Of a stretch of DNA of 64,000 nt, positions 50,257-60,911 are shown one piece after another; within the stretch, counting starts at the first letter, position 1; each line of letters opens with the position of its first letter. The translations under genes were made by a program, and so were the position numbers. The stretch is taken from contig JAGXAQ010000002.1 in NCBI GenBank assembly GCA_018971485.1, forward strand, positions 249,122 through 313,121. The letters run 5' to 3'. The stretch comes from Pseudomonadota bacterium (GTDB taxonomy: Bacteria > Pseudomonadota > Gammaproteobacteria > Burkholderiales > REEB80). The notes beneath the pieces are model-generated. The model did no database searches and was not told the origin of the DNA. It saw only the letters and a list, made by a program, of their open reading frames with translations.

Positions 50257-51410
50257 AATTTGTAGCCTTTAAGGGTCATCCTGTTTTCCCAGTCCACCCG
50301 CATAACCAGCCCCAATGCAATGCAATTGGTCACAATACCGCTTCCCCCATAACTCAAAAGCGGCAATGTCAAGCCCTTTGTAGGGAACAACCCCATATTC
50401 ACACCCATATTGATAATGGCTTGCACCCCTATCCAAACACCCACTCCATAACTAACCAGGGCACCATAATATCTTTCCAGCTGAACGGCGTTTCGCCCAA
50501 TACGGAAAATCCTCATCACAAGCCAAACAAACAAACCAATAATGACCATTACTCCTACAAATCCAAGCTCTTCTGCAATTACTGCCAATAGAAAATCGGT
50601 ATGGGCTTCGGGAAGATAGAACAGTTTTTCAACACTGGCTCCAAGCCCTACTCCAAACCATCCACCTCGACCAAAAGCGATCAAGGCGTGTGTCAGCTGG
50701 TATCCAGCACCAAAAGGATCCTGCCATGGGTGCATAAAACCGATAATCCGCTCTAATCGATAAGGAGATGTAAAAATCAGCATCACAAACCCAACGAACA
50801 GAATTACGATTAACCCAGCAAACTGCAATCCGCTGACACCACCTAGAAACAAGATGGCCATAGTAATCGCCGTAATATCGGCAAATGCCCCAAAATCAGG
50901 TTCCCTCAACAACAAGAACCCAATCAGGAACATTACCATCAGCATTGGGAAAAACCCACGCTTGAATGATTCAATGATGCTGGCTTTTCTTACCGTATAA
51001 TCAGATGCATACAACACAGCAAACAGCTTCATAAACTCGGAAGGCTGCAAGGAAAAGACGGCAAATGGAATCCAGCGGCGGCTCCCGTTAACTTCACGAC
51101 CAACATGAGGAATCAGTACTACAACAAGAAGTCCGATACCAAACAGGAAAATCATGGGAGACCAATCCTGCCAGACCTTCATTGGAATACGGAAAGCTGC
51201 ATAGCCAGCCGCAAATCCAATCACCAAATATATGGCCTGATGAATCAAAAAATAATAAGAATGCATCATTGAACTAGTCAGTAAATCAGCAATGGCAATG
51301 GACGCTGAATACACCATCACCAGCCCAAACCCCAGCAAAATAAGACCCACCCATAGCAGAGCCTGATCATATTCAGCCTGCAAAAACTCCTGCTTATTGA
51401 AGCGGGCCAT
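50253..51410 (-). CDS. ftsW: Peptidoglycan polymerase FtsW (SEDS family)
   Basis: QPSEFMK, EPDFG, LPEAHTDF, SYGGS. Confidence 0.97.
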   Translation of the reverse strand: MARFNKQEFLQAEYDQALLWVGLILLGFGLVMVYSASIAIADLLTSSMMHSYYFLIHQAIYLVIGFAAGYAAFRIPMKVWQDWSPMIFLFGIGLLVVVLIPHVGREVNGSRRWIPFAVFSLQPSEFMKLFAVLYASDYTVRKASIIESFKRGFFPMLMVMFLIGFLLLREPDFGAFADITAITMAILFLGGVSGLQFAGLIVILFVGFVMLIFTSPYRLERIIGFMHPWQDPFGAGYQLTHALIAFGRGGWFGVGLGASVEKLFYLPEAHTDFLLAVIAEELGFVGVMVIIGLFVWLVMRIFRIGRNAVQLERYYGALVSYGVGVWIGVQAIINMGVNMGLFPTKGLTLPLLSYGGSGIVTNCIALGLVMRVDWENRMTLKGYKL

Positions 51411-52806
51411 TTAATTCCCCCTGCTGCAGCTTAATCATCGCGCTCAAAAAGACCTCTGCCCGATGAACATAATTGCGGAACATGTCAAAACTGGCACAAG
51501 CAGGGGACATCAACACATAATCCCCCGCATGAGCCAAGGCATAAGCCTTCACCACAGCGTCCTCCATATCTGATGCCCCAAGCACTGGAACAGAAGAACC
51601 CGAAAGAGCCTGTTCAATCCGGCATGCATCCCGTCCGATTAAGACAACTGCCCGTGCATAGGCATCTACAACTGCCCTCATGGCTGAAAAATCCTGTCCT
51701 TTCCCATCCCCTCCAGCAATAAGAACCGATGGTGACCCCAAGCCTTCCAGGGCTGCAATCGTTGCACCCACATTGGTCCCTTTCGAATCATCAATAAAGG
51801 TAACCCCGCCTATCATTCCAACTTTCATCATTCGATGGGGCAACCCTTTAAAAATGGTTACCGCCTGAAGCAGGGCTGAACGCTCTAAACCAGCTTCCTC
51901 GCACAACGCCATCGCAGCTATTACATTGGCAGTATTGTGAAGCCCAATAAGCGGTAAGGTGGAAACCGGAATAATAGGTTGCCCCCCCTTAACCAGATAA
52001 TCCATCTTCTCAACTGATTGAATCCCATAATGATCTTCCCCATCAGGTTCATTGAGTCCAAACGTTACGATCCTTCGATCAGGTATCGCCATGGCATGAC
52101 TATATGCATCCTCCCGATTGAGCACCTGTACGCCACCCCCCTGAAAAATCCTGGCCTTTGCCTCTGCATACGCTTTCATGTGTGCATATCGATCCATATG
52201 ATCCTGAGTTACGTTCAAAACTGTAGCAACAGCAGCATCTAGACTTTCAGTCGTTTCAAGCTGAAAACTCGATAGTTCAAGCACGATAGCCTCTACCGAT
52301 TCAAGCAGCCCATTCATGACAACATCCAGAACAGGCAACCCTATATTTCCAGCAACAACAGTCTTCAATCCAGCACTACGGCACATCGATCCGGCCAATT
52401 CAGTAACTGTGCTTTTGCCATTTGATCCAGTAATGGCAAGCACAACAGGGCAATAAGGCAATCGCTGCAAAACACGAGCAAATATTTCTATATCTCCCAA
52501 TATAGGCACACCAGCCTTTTTGGCTTGGGCTATAACAGGTTCTTCCAATGAAATGCCCGGGCTTACAATCAACCCATCTGATTTCATGATCTCAGTCTTA
52601 CTAAACCCGCCAGTTTTTAAAGGAATATGGGGATACATCCTTAACATCGTCTGCTCATGTGGCGGATGACCCCGGCTATCTTGTACCGAAACCCTTGCTC
52701 CTTGAGATGCCAGGAAATTTACACACGACAGACCTGTATCACCTAACCCTGCCACTACAAGGGTCTGATCGGAAAACATGTTCATATATCCTGGCTGCTC
52801 TTGCAT
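51394..52806 (-). CDS. murD: UDP-MurNAc-L-Ala--D-glutamate ligase
   Basis: GSNGKSTVT, ELSSFQL, DHMDRY, DDSKGTN, SPACASFDMF. Exact start uncertain. Confidence 0.97.
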   Translation of the reverse strand: MQEQPGYMNMFSDQTLVVAGLGDTGLSCVNFLASQGARVSVQDSRGHPPHEQTMLRMYPHIPLKTGGFSKTEIMKSDGLIVSPGISLEEPVIAQAKKAGVPILGDIEIFARVLQRLPYCPVVLAITGSNGKSTVTELAGSMCRSAGLKTVVAGNIGLPVLDVVMNGLLESVEAIVLELSSFQLETTESLDAAVATVLNVTQDHMDRYAHMKAYAEAKARIFQGGGVQVLNREDAYSHAMAIPDRRIVTFGLNEPDGEDHYGIQSVEKMDYLVKGGQPIIPVSTLPLIGLHNTANVIAAMALCEEAGLERSALLQAVTIFKGLPHRMMKVGMIGGVTFIDDSKGTNVGATIAALEGLGSPSVLIAGGDGKGQDFSAMRAVVDAYARAVVLIGRDACRIEQALSGSSVPVLGASDMEDAVVKAYALAHAGDYVLMSPACASFDMFRNYVHRAEVFLSAMIKLQQGELNGPLQ

Positions 52807-52809
52807 TAC

Positions 52810-53895
52810 CTACCTCAATTTCAAAGTGCTCAGTCCAATAAGAACTAGCATCATCGTAATAATCCAGAACCGCACAACTACCTGCGTCTCTTTCCAACCT
52901 TTCAACTCATAATGATGATGAAGTGGGGCCATCCTGAATATCCGCCTTCCCGTCAACTTGAAAGAACAGACCTGAAGCATGACGGAAACGGTTTCCATCA
53001 CAAAAACCCCCCCCATTATGAACAAAACAATCTCTTGCCGGACAATAACAGCTATTACCCCTAACGCGGCACCAAGAGCCAATGCACCAACATCTCCCAT
53101 AAAAACTTCAGCAGGATAGGTGTTAAACCATAAAAACCCCAGGCCAGCACCTGCTATTGATGCGGCAAAAACTGTCAACTCGCCAGCACCAGGAATATAG
53201 GGCAGATCCAGATAATGAGAAAAAACAGTATTACCAGCTACATAAGCAAATACAGCCAGAGCGCCTGCCACAAGAACAGTTGGCATAATAGCCAGTCCAT
53301 CCAGTCCATCCGTCAAATTAACTGCATTGCTTGAGCCTACTATCACCAGATAGGTCAGCACGATATACCCGACACTGCTCATCACAAAAACCATATGCTT
53401 GAAAAAAGGAACAATCAGTTGCGTTTCAGCGGGCAATCTGGAAGTCCAAAGCAAGAACCCAGCCACCGACAATCCAACCACAGATTGCCAAAAATACTTT
53501 TGCCGGGCAGATAAACCTTTAGGATTCTGCCGGACCACTTTACGGTAATCATCTACCCATCCGATCACTCCAAAACCCAGCGTAGTAAAAAGCACTACCC
53601 AGACATAGCGGTTTTGAAGGTCACTCCACAGCAAGGTCGACAAGGCAATTGCCACTATCATCAAAGCCCCACCCATGGTCGGCGTTCCTGCCTTCTTAAG
53701 ATGGGTCTGAGGTCCATCATCTCGGACAGCCTGGCCAATTTTCATCAGGGTCAACTTTCGAATCATGCCGGGCCCGACAATAAAAGATATGATCAAGGCA
53801 GTCAGGGTCGCCAACATGGCTCTCAATGTAATGTAATCAAAAACATGGAAGGTCCGGATAGTCTGGGCAAGCCACCTGAACAAGATCAAAAGCAT
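52810..53895 (-). CDS. mraY: Phospho-N-acetylmuramoyl-pentapeptide transferase
   Basis: [33 protein letters not shown]. Confidence 0.98.
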   Translation of the reverse strand: MLLILFRWLAQTIRTFHVFDYITLRAMLATLTALIISFIVGPGMIRKLTLMKIGQAVRDDGPQTHLKKAGTPTMGGALMIVAIALSTLLWSDLQNRYVWVVLFTTLGFGVIGWVDDYRKVVRQNPKGLSARQKYFWQSVVGLSVAGFLLWTSRLPAETQLIVPFFKHMVFVMSSVGYIVLTYLVIVGSSNAVNLTDGLDGLAIMPTVLVAGALAVFAYVAGNTVFSHYLDLPYIPGAGELTVFAASIAGAGLGFLWFNTYPAEVFMGDVGALALGAALGVIAVIVRQEIVLFIMGGVFVMETVSVMLQVCSFKLTGRRIFRMAPLHHHYELKGWKETQVVVRFWIITMMLVLIGLSTLKLR

Positions 53896-53904
53896 ATGTT
53901 TCCC

Positions 53905-55260
53905 CTATTGGCTGTCATTCTCAGTCCATGCTCCAAGCTCCTGAACTACCCGCTCCATCTTCATGAAGCGCGATCCTTTTACCAGTACCACCATATCCTT
54001 ATCAAGTTGCCCCTTAAGGTAACCAACAAGCTCTTCTTGATGATAAAAATGCTGCCCTTTCCCTCCAAATTTCTTTTGTGCCTCAATGCTGAACTGCCCC
54101 AAGGTATAAAGAGCGTCAATTCCAGCCTCACGCGCCACATTTCCGATGTCAGAATGCAAAGCCAACACATGCTCACCCAATTCTCCCATGTCCCCCAGAA
54201 CCAGCACTCTTTGTCCTGGATACCGGGCTAGAACCTGTATGCCTGCCTTAACCGAATCTGGATTGGCGTTATAGGTGTCATCTAGAATCTTTACGCCTTT
54301 TTTACCCACCTTCATCTGTAATCGCCCGCTCACTCCAGAAAAGCTTTCCAGTCCCACCCGAATGGCTTCAATTCCAATATGCGCCGCTGTTGCAACTGCT
54401 GTAGCTGCCAATGCATTCTTTACGTTATGTTCACCCGCTACATTCAGCCGGACACCAAATTGACCCGCAGGCGAGAACAGGGTCAGATTCGAATGATCCG
54501 GCCCAAGTGTATAATTTGCACGAACCTCACCCTGGCTAATTCCATAAGTGAGGACTTGCCTGCTACCTGCCAAACTTTTCCACAAGGTAAAAAACTTGTC
54601 TTCCGAATTAATGACAGCTGTTCCAGAGACATCCAGCCCTTCATAAATCTCCCCCTTGGCACGGGCCACCGCTTCAACTGTTCCAAGACCCTGTAAATGT
54701 GCATTCTGGGCATTATTAATCAAGGCAATATTCGGTCTGGCCCTATCTGAAAGATATCGGATTTCACCAGGATGGTTCATGCCCATTTCCAGAACGGCAA
54801 TACGATGTGCAGCTCGGAGCCGCAACAGAGTCAGCGGCAGTCCAATGTCATTGTTAAGGTTACCCCGGGTTGCTAAAACTGCATTCTGGCCAAACTCGGC
54901 AACTGCAATGGACGCAATCATTTCCTTTACTGTGGTCTTTCCATTACTCCCCGTCACCCCCACAATTGGTACATTAAATTTCCCTCGCCAGAGTTTCGCG
55001 AGCTTGCCCAAAGCCAAACGGGTATCTTCTACCATTAAACAGGGTCTATCCAATTTCACCCGGCGACTAATCATCGCGGCTGCAGCCCCTTTCTCAAAGG
55101 CCATCGGGACAAAATCATGCCCATCAAAATGCTCTCCATTCAAAGCTACAAAAAGCTCTCCTGCCTTGATGCTTCGACTATCTATCGATACACCATAGAT
55201 CCGTGCATTTAAAAACGCTGTGGCTCCCAACTCTGAAGCCAGCGCTTCAATTTCGAACAT
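53905..55260 (-). CDS. murF: UDP-MurNAc-tripeptide--D-Ala-D-Ala ligase
   Basis: GSNGKTTVK, NNDIGLP, EMGMNH, DDTYNANP, KGSR. Confidence 0.97.
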   Translation of the reverse strand: MFEIEALASELGATAFLNARIYGVSIDSRSIKAGELFVALNGEHFDGHDFVPMAFEKGAAAAMISRRVKLDRPCLMVEDTRLALGKLAKLWRGKFNVPIVGVTGSNGKTTVKEMIASIAVAEFGQNAVLATRGNLNNDIGLPLTLLRLRAAHRIAVLEMGMNHPGEIRYLSDRARPNIALINNAQNAHLQGLGTVEAVARAKGEIYEGLDVSGTAVINSEDKFFTLWKSLAGSRQVLTYGISQGEVRANYTLGPDHSNLTLFSPAGQFGVRLNVAGEHNVKNALAATAVATAAHIGIEAIRVGLESFSGVSGRLQMKVGKKGVKILDDTYNANPDSVKAGIQVLARYPGQRVLVLGDMGELGEHVLALHSDIGNVAREAGIDALYTLGQFSIEAQKKFGGKGQHFYHQEELVGYLKGQLDKDMVVLVKGSRFMKMERVVQELGAWTENDSQ

Positions 55261-55261
55261 G

Positions 55262-56728
55262 CTATCTTCCATCATCTTGACCATGGGTCCATTCAATCAA
55301 AGCTTCATGAGCTTTTTCCAGATCATTAAAGGGGAATCGTTCGCCATTCTTCTCTATTACAATTTCATGCCCTTTTCCAGCAACCAGCACTACATCCAAT
55401 GCATTGGCATTCTTCAGGGCCAAATGAATAGCTTGGCTTCTGTCTATTTCAACCCAACATTTGCCTTTCATGCCACGCTGAATATCTTTAATAATGTCCA
55501 AAGCTGATTCAAACCGTGAGTTATCTTCGGTCAAGATCACCAAATCGGCCCACCTTTCCGCAACCTGGCCCATCAAAGGCCGCTTACCTGCATCACGATC
55601 CCCTCCGCAACCAAATACACATATCAGACGTCCACCCTGAACAAGAGTTTCCCGAAGCGTAGCCAGCACTTTCTCAAGAGCATCTGGCGTATGGGCGTAA
55701 TCCACAATCACTTTAGGCATACCCTCGCCACCGATCTTCTGAAACCTCCCTGATACTGGTTGTAGCAGCATCAGTTGTCTGACCACCAATTCAAACGGAA
55801 CATCACACGCTAACAACACTCCCGCCACACCTAAAAGATTGCTCGCATTAAAGCGCCCTATCAGCTCTGTTTTTATTTCAGCCTTACCCCAGGGGCTATC
55901 CATTTTCAAACTTGTACCCTGCAAGCCCATTTCAAGAATCTCACCATGCAAATCTTCCCTACCAGCAAATCCATAAGTCACAATCCGGGAATTTTTGGCA
56001 GCCTCCATCATCTGTCCGGCATAAATATCATCGGAATTGATCACTGCAGTTTTTAAGCCTGGCCAACTGAATAACCTGGATTTAGCATCCCTGTACGCAT
56101 CCATGCTGCCATGAAAATCCAAATGATCCCGGGTCAGATTAGTAAACAGGGCCACATCAAACTCTACCCCGTTAACCCTCCCCTGAACCAAACCATGTGA
56201 AGACACTTCCATGGCTACGCTCCAGGCATCATGAACGAGATATTCCTTAAGTAAGCCATGTAAAAGCAGGGTGTCAGGGGTCGTATTTTGAGTCGGTAAC
56301 AACTGATCGGGGAATCCATTCCCCAGCGTGCCAATCAGCGCGCACCGTTTTCCGGTTGCCGTAAGGGCCTGCGCTATCCAATGGCAGCAACTGGTTTTAC
56401 CATTTGTTCCTGTTATCCCTATACAGTAGAGCTCATGCGATGGATTTTTATAAAAAATGGATGCGATTTGCCCGAGATGTTGTTTGAGATTCATAACACC
56501 CACATTCTGTACCTGCCAAGTCTTGGGCCACTCATAACCCAGCTGCTCCCAGATAATGCTTGCCGCTCCTTTTGCAATGGCCTGGCCTATAAATGTCCTT
56601 CCGTCCTGGACCTCACCAGGGTAGGCTAAAAACGTATCCCCAGGTAATACTCTTCTGCTGTCCACTTCCAGTCTCTGGGCTGATTCCAGAAACGTAACAA
56701 GCTTTTCCATTTCAGTGGATGCTGGCAT
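55262..56728 (-). CDS. murE: UDP-MurNAc-dipeptide--diamino acid (probably meso-DAP) ligase
   Basis: GTNGKTS, MEVSSH, DHLDFH, DYAHTPD, FGCGGDRD, DNSR. Confidence 0.96.
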   Translation of the reverse strand: MPASTEMEKLVTFLESAQRLEVDSRRVLPGDTFLAYPGEVQDGRTFIGQAIAKGAASIIWEQLGYEWPKTWQVQNVGVMNLKQHLGQIASIFYKNPSHELYCIGITGTNGKTSCCHWIAQALTATGKRCALIGTLGNGFPDQLLPTQNTTPDTLLLHGLLKEYLVHDAWSVAMEVSSHGLVQGRVNGVEFDVALFTNLTRDHLDFHGSMDAYRDAKSRLFSWPGLKTAVINSDDIYAGQMMEAAKNSRIVTYGFAGREDLHGEILEMGLQGTSLKMDSPWGKAEIKTELIGRFNASNLLGVAGVLLACDVPFELVVRQLMLLQPVSGRFQKIGGEGMPKVIVDYAHTPDALEKVLATLRETLVQGGRLICVFGCGGDRDAGKRPLMGQVAERWADLVILTEDNSRFESALDIIKDIQRGMKGKCWVEIDRSQAIHLALKNANALDVVLVAGKGHEIVIEKNGERFPFNDLEKAHEALIEWTHGQDDGR

Positions 56729-58472
56729 GATATCTCCGGCTTAAGCCCTGATGTTCAGTCGATGGCCCATCATCTCCATCTGGTTTTGCTATCAGCTGGG
56801 CCGGATCGTCAGGTGGGATATCCAACATTCGCAAGGCATCAGTCATAATCCCCTGGAATACTGGTCCAGCAACCTCCGCACCATAATATCGACCCTTGCT
56901 GGCGTTGGGATCATGAATGGTTACAGCAATAATCAGCCTTGGATTGGATGCAGGAGCAAAACCTACAAATGAGGCATAGTAATGGTTATTGGAATAACTG
57001 CCATTTATGGCTTGGTGGGCTGTACCCGTCTTACCGGCAATTCGGTATCCTGGGATAACTACATTCGATGCCGTTCCGCCAGGCTGAGTAACCATTTCCA
57101 GCATATGCACAATTTCTGAAGCAATTTTAGGAGAAATAATACGCTGCCCAATTGGAGCATCGGTTCGCTTTATAATGCTTACCGGCAACAGCACCCCCCC
57201 ATTTGTAAAAACGGTATAAGCCCGCGCCAGCTGTAAGAGCGACACAGCAATTCCATTCCCGTAAGCCATGGTAGCCTGATTAATAGGGCGCCAATCCTTC
57301 CAGGGGCGCAAGTCACCTGCAACTTCTCCTGGCAGGCCACTATCTGGTACCTGGCCAAACCCAACCGAATGATAAAGCTGCCACATGACCTGAGGTTTGA
57401 GCATCAGGGCAATTTTAGATGCCCCGACATTACTCGAAAACTTCACCACCTGATTAACTGTGATCAACCCTTGAGGATCAGCGTCATGAATTGGCCACCC
57501 CTCAACCGTCCAATAACCAGGAGCAGTTTGAATCAGGGTATGAGGAGTAACCTTGCCTGCCATAAGTGCCGCGGAAATCAGAAAAGGCTTCATTACAGAA
57601 CCTGGTTCAAACGAATCAGTAACCGCCCGATCCCGTGTATTGGCCGCAACCATATGCTTTCGGTTATTAGGATTAAATGTCGGGATGTTTGCCAAAGCCA
57701 GAATTTCTCCGGTTTTTGCATTGAGAACAACAACTGAACCTGAAGTGGCCCCACTTTGCTCAACTCCCTTCGCCAACTCCCGGAAAGCCAAATACTGCAA
57801 GCGACGATCAATACTTAAAGTTAGATTATGGCCCTGTATCGGTTCCTTTATTGTTGCCGCATCCTGAATCACATGACCCCGATTATCTTTTATAACCAAC
57901 TGGGAACCCGGAACTCCTGCGAGCCATTTCTGGTAAGCAAGCTCCACCCCTTCCTGTCCTACATCATTAATATTTGTAAAACCAACAACATGGGCAACCA
58001 TCTCTCCCGACGGATAGAACCGCTTGTATTCCTGCTGAAGAAAAACGCCAGGTATACTTAGCGTTTTCACAGCCTTCGCCTGTTCCGGTGGCATCTGCCT
58101 TTTAAGATAAACAAACCCTTTTTTGGCATCCAGTTTCTCCCTCAGTTCTTGCCCCGATAAACCCAGCACCTTTTTCAATGCATTAAATTGAGCCGGGTTA
58201 ATACGAACATCCTTAGGCGTTGCTGCAACATCTTCTACGGGTGTACTTATCGCCAAAGGTTCCCCATATCGATCCGTAATCATCCCACGATGAGCCGGCA
58301 TCTGAATCACCCGCTCAATACGGCTATCTCCCTGGGCCTGTAAAAACTTGGTATTAATCACCTGCAAAAAAAACGAGCGGCCAATCAAAACAAAAAACCC
58401 TGCCAACAGCAACAGCAGCAACATCCGTGAACGCCAAGCCGGAAAACGAATAACCTGGGTTTTCATGTTCAT
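56712..58472 (-). CDS. ftsI: Peptidoglycan transpeptidase FtsI (PBP3)
   Basis: RGMITDRYG, EPGSVMK (SxxK), SSN, KTGT. Confidence 0.96.
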   Translation of the reverse strand: MNMKTQVIRFPAWRSRMLLLLLLAGFFVLIGRSFFLQVINTKFLQAQGDSRIERVIQMPAHRGMITDRYGEPLAISTPVEDVAATPKDVRINPAQFNALKKVLGLSGQELREKLDAKKGFVYLKRQMPPEQAKAVKTLSIPGVFLQQEYKRFYPSGEMVAHVVGFTNINDVGQEGVELAYQKWLAGVPGSQLVIKDNRGHVIQDAATIKEPIQGHNLTLSIDRRLQYLAFRELAKGVEQSGATSGSVVVLNAKTGEILALANIPTFNPNNRKHMVAANTRDRAVTDSFEPGSVMKPFLISAALMAGKVTPHTLIQTAPGYWTVEGWPIHDADPQGLITVNQVVKFSSNVGASKIALMLKPQVMWQLYHSVGFGQVPDSGLPGEVAGDLRPWKDWRPINQATMAYGNGIAVSLLQLARAYTVFTNGGVLLPVSIIKRTDAPIGQRIISPKIASEIVHMLEMVTQPGGTASNVVIPGYRIAGKTGTAHQAINGSYSNNHYYASFVGFAPASNPRLIIAVTIHDPNASKGRYYGAEVAGPVFQGIMTDALRMLDIPPDDPAQLIAKPDGDDGPSTEHQGLSRRYHASIH

Positions 58473-58759
58473 TTCGGATTCTGCTCTCCATCCTTACCTG
58501 CCAAAACAATCTGTATATCCTTTGATTGAGGTAATTTCATATGAAGTTTTTCGGTGGCAATCGCCTGGATTCTTGAGTGCACAGCCCAAGTACTTTGTTC
58601 AAGCTCCAGCTGCCCCCATTTCACCTCTATTTTTCTAGTCAAAGCCTGCTGTTGTTCTAACGAAATGAAGGCCAACCTCTCTTTATTTTGGGCTGACACC
58701 ACACAAATCGCACTGACTATCACGGCAAGCAGAAGAAACAGGTTCAGCCGGTTTGACAT
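58469..58759 (-). CDS. ftsL: Cell division protein FtsL
   Basis: TM segment plus coiled coil WGQLELEQST; lies between rsmH and ftsI. Confidence 0.9.
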   Translation of the reverse strand: MSNRLNLFLLLAVIVSAICVVSAQNKERLAFISLEQQQALTRKIEVKWGQLELEQSTWAVHSRIQAIATEKLHMKLPQSKDIQIVLAGKDGEQNPK

Positions 58760-59691
58760 AAATCACCTGCCCGCTCAGCCACACGCATGACCGCGCTTCT
58801 CGCTCTTGGATTAGCCTTGATTTCTATTTCATCCGGCAGCCGGGCACGTCCCACTGGTCGCATGACCGGGGGAGCAATCTGTGCAGCTCGAACAGGCAGC
58901 CGTTCCGGATAAGGATCCGTTTTATACTGGCTTGCAATAAAACGTTTGACACACCTGTCTTCAAGTGAATGAAAACTAATAACAACCAGCCTGCCCCGCG
59001 GAGCAAGTATTCGCGGTGTTGCCTCAAGAATCTGCTTTAATTCATCTAACTCCTGATTGATATGCATCCTGATTGCCTGGAAAGTGCGCGTAGCTGGATG
59101 TTTATGAACTTCATGCGCCGGCATTGCAGCTTTTACTATCTGTGCAAGCTCAACCGTACGGGTAATCGGGCGGCTTTTACGCGCAAATACAATGGCTCTT
59201 GCAATACGCTTATGAAAGCGCTCCTCTCCCAATTCACGAATAACACCCGACAGCTCTGCCTCCGTGGCTGAATTAATCCACTCTGAAGCACTTTGTCCTT
59301 GAACTGTATCCATACGCATGTCCAGCAACCCATCTTTCTGAAAACTAAATCCTCGTTCGGCTTCATCCAACTGCGGGGAAGACACACCGAGATCAAGCAA
59401 TAACCCATTTATCTGAGACACACCCAGTTGAGCTAATACCTTCTCAATCCCGGAAAAAGCTGCTCGAACAAAATAAAAACGCTGATCAATGATCTGTTTT
59501 GCCGCTTCTGTTGCGTCAGGGTCCCGATCCAACGCGATAAGTCGACCCGCCCCGCCCAAAAACTGGAGTATGTACCGACTATGCCCACCCCGCCCAAATG
59601 TTGCATCCACATATACTCCCTGTGGCTCGATATTCAGGGACTGAACTGCCTGTTCCAGCATGACACTAAGATGCTGCTTTGTTTCAATCAC
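58744..59691 (-). CDS. rsmH: 16S rRNA m4C1402 methyltransferase
   Basis: DATFGRGGHS, DLGVSSPQLD, FHSLEDR, NPRARSA. Confidence 0.98.
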   Translation of the reverse strand: MIETKQHLSVMLEQAVQSLNIEPQGVYVDATFGRGGHSRYILQFLGGAGRLIALDRDPDATEAAKQIIDQRFYFVRAAFSGIEKVLAQLGVSQINGLLLDLGVSSPQLDEAERGFSFQKDGLLDMRMDTVQGQSASEWINSATEAELSGVIRELGEERFHKRIARAIVFARKSRPITRTVELAQIVKAAMPAHEVHKHPATRTFQAIRMHINQELDELKQILEATPRILAPRGRLVVISFHSLEDRCVKRFIASQYKTDPYPERLPVRAAQIAPPVMRPVGRARLPDEIEIKANPRARSAVMRVAERAGDLCQTG

Positions 59692-60137
59692 AACGAAAAG
59701 CTTCCCAACTCAGTTGGCCAGCCTCCTCCTGAAGGTGCTGCCAAAGCAGCATCACGCTGGGCTATCCAGCTTTCTTCATCCCACAACTCAAATTTTCTTC
59801 CCTGGCCTACCATCACCAAACGTTTTGAAAGACCAGAAAATTCTCTCAGGGGCCCTGATATCAAAATCCGACCATTCGAATCCATTTCGACATCTTCGGC
59901 ATAACCTACAATCAATCGCTGCAGGTTACGTACCTGGGGATTCAAGCTAGGCATAGCCATGATTTGTTCTTGAATAGGTTGCCAGTCTGGTAATGGATAC
60001 AACAATAAGCATTTGGCGGGATCTGCGGTCAAAACCAGCCTGCCATCGGATCGCTCCATCAAAGCATCACGATGCTTAGCTGGAACAGCCAGACGACCTT
60101 TCGTATCCAGATTAAGTGCTGTAACCCCTCGAAACAT
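59688..60137 (-). CDS. mraZ: Transcriptional regulator MraZ
   Basis: LDTKGRLAVP and MDSNGRILI SpoVT/AbrB repeats. Confidence 0.97.
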   Translation of the reverse strand: MFRGVTALNLDTKGRLAVPAKHRDALMERSDGRLVLTADPAKCLLLYPLPDWQPIQEQIMAMPSLNPQVRNLQRLIVGYAEDVEMDSNGRILISGPLREFSGLSKRLVMVGQGRKFELWDEESWIAQRDAALAAPSGGGWPTELGSFSL

Positions 60138-60171
60138 CCCTTCCCCCAAAATACACAATGCAGCTTAATTA

Positions 60172-60244
60172 CCCACTTTTATATCTTTTTTCACCACATT
60201 CATCCACTCTTCCCCACTATATAAAAATCATTAGGCAGGGTCAA
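60172..60244 (-). promoter_or_regulatory. dcw promoter with MraZ-binding GTGG repeats
   Basis: TTGACC-N17-TATAGT (60244-60216). GTGG boxes at 60214-17, 60204-07, 60194-97 and 60173-76. Confidence 0.8.
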
Positions 60245-60474
60245 GAAAATTAAAGGCTTTTTTATGTTTTTTTTGTTTTCGGGACAAACACTTATCCATA
60301 AAAACAATCAGGGTTTTTATAGAAGTATTTATAAATAATGGGATAGCAACGAAAGTGAATATCAAACTTCAAGTTGGAAAGAAATAACCGACCTTACCTT
60401 AACAGTCATCATCCCCAAGGCGATCACGCTTCGAACAAGAAATGAATTCAATCGGAAAAACAAGACATTCAACA

Positions 60475-60503
60475 GAAAAAACAGCCCTTGATGAAACAAG
60501 GGC
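60475..60503 (-). terminator. Intrinsic terminator after rnpB
   Basis: GCCCTTG-TTTCAT-CAAGGGC followed by TGTTTTTT on the minus strand. Confidence 0.75.
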
Positions 60504-60837
60504 AAGCAGACCGATAAGCCGGGTTCTGTCTAGGACAGTCATTTCTCTTGGCGCTCGGTTGCCCGAACGCTCTAGCAACCTACCCGAAGGCAGCGCGAGC
60601 CACGCTTTTGCCTCCTGCTTGGTCTTGCTCCGGATGGGGTTTACCCTGCCACTGGCGTTACCGTCAGTGCGGTGCGCTTTTACCGCACCTTTTCACCCTT
60701 ACCGGGTTTCCCCGGCGGTATATTTTCTGTGGCACTTTCCAGACCTTACGACCTCCGGCCATTAACCGGCATCCTGCTCTATGGAGCCCGGACTTTCCTC
60801 TGTATTATACAATACAGCGACTGTCTAGCCTGCTTGC
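60502..60837 (-). ncRNA. rnpB: RNase P RNA, bacterial type A
   Basis: GAGGAAAGTCCGGGCTCC, AGTGCCACAGAAA, GGTAAACCCC, ACAGAACCCGGCTTA; complementary P1 ends GCAAGCAG/CTGCTTGC. Confidence 0.97.
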
Positions 60838-60843
60838 ACGCTG

Positions 60844-60852
60844 ATTATAACA
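60844..60852 (-). promoter_or_regulatory. Extended -10 promoter of rnpB
   Basis: TGTTATAAT ending about 6 nt before the rnpB 5' end. Confidence 0.6.
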
Positions 60853-60911
60853 CGAAATACGACCCAATCTGGTATCTGCTTAATCTTGAAAACCAAAAAC
60901 AAGATCCCCTG

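Noticed and set aside
60292-60320. DnaA-box-like TTATCCATA and an 8-bp inverted repeat upstream of mraZ
   Set aside because: A single 8/9 match in very AT-rich DNA is expected by chance, and there is no box cluster suggesting an origin.
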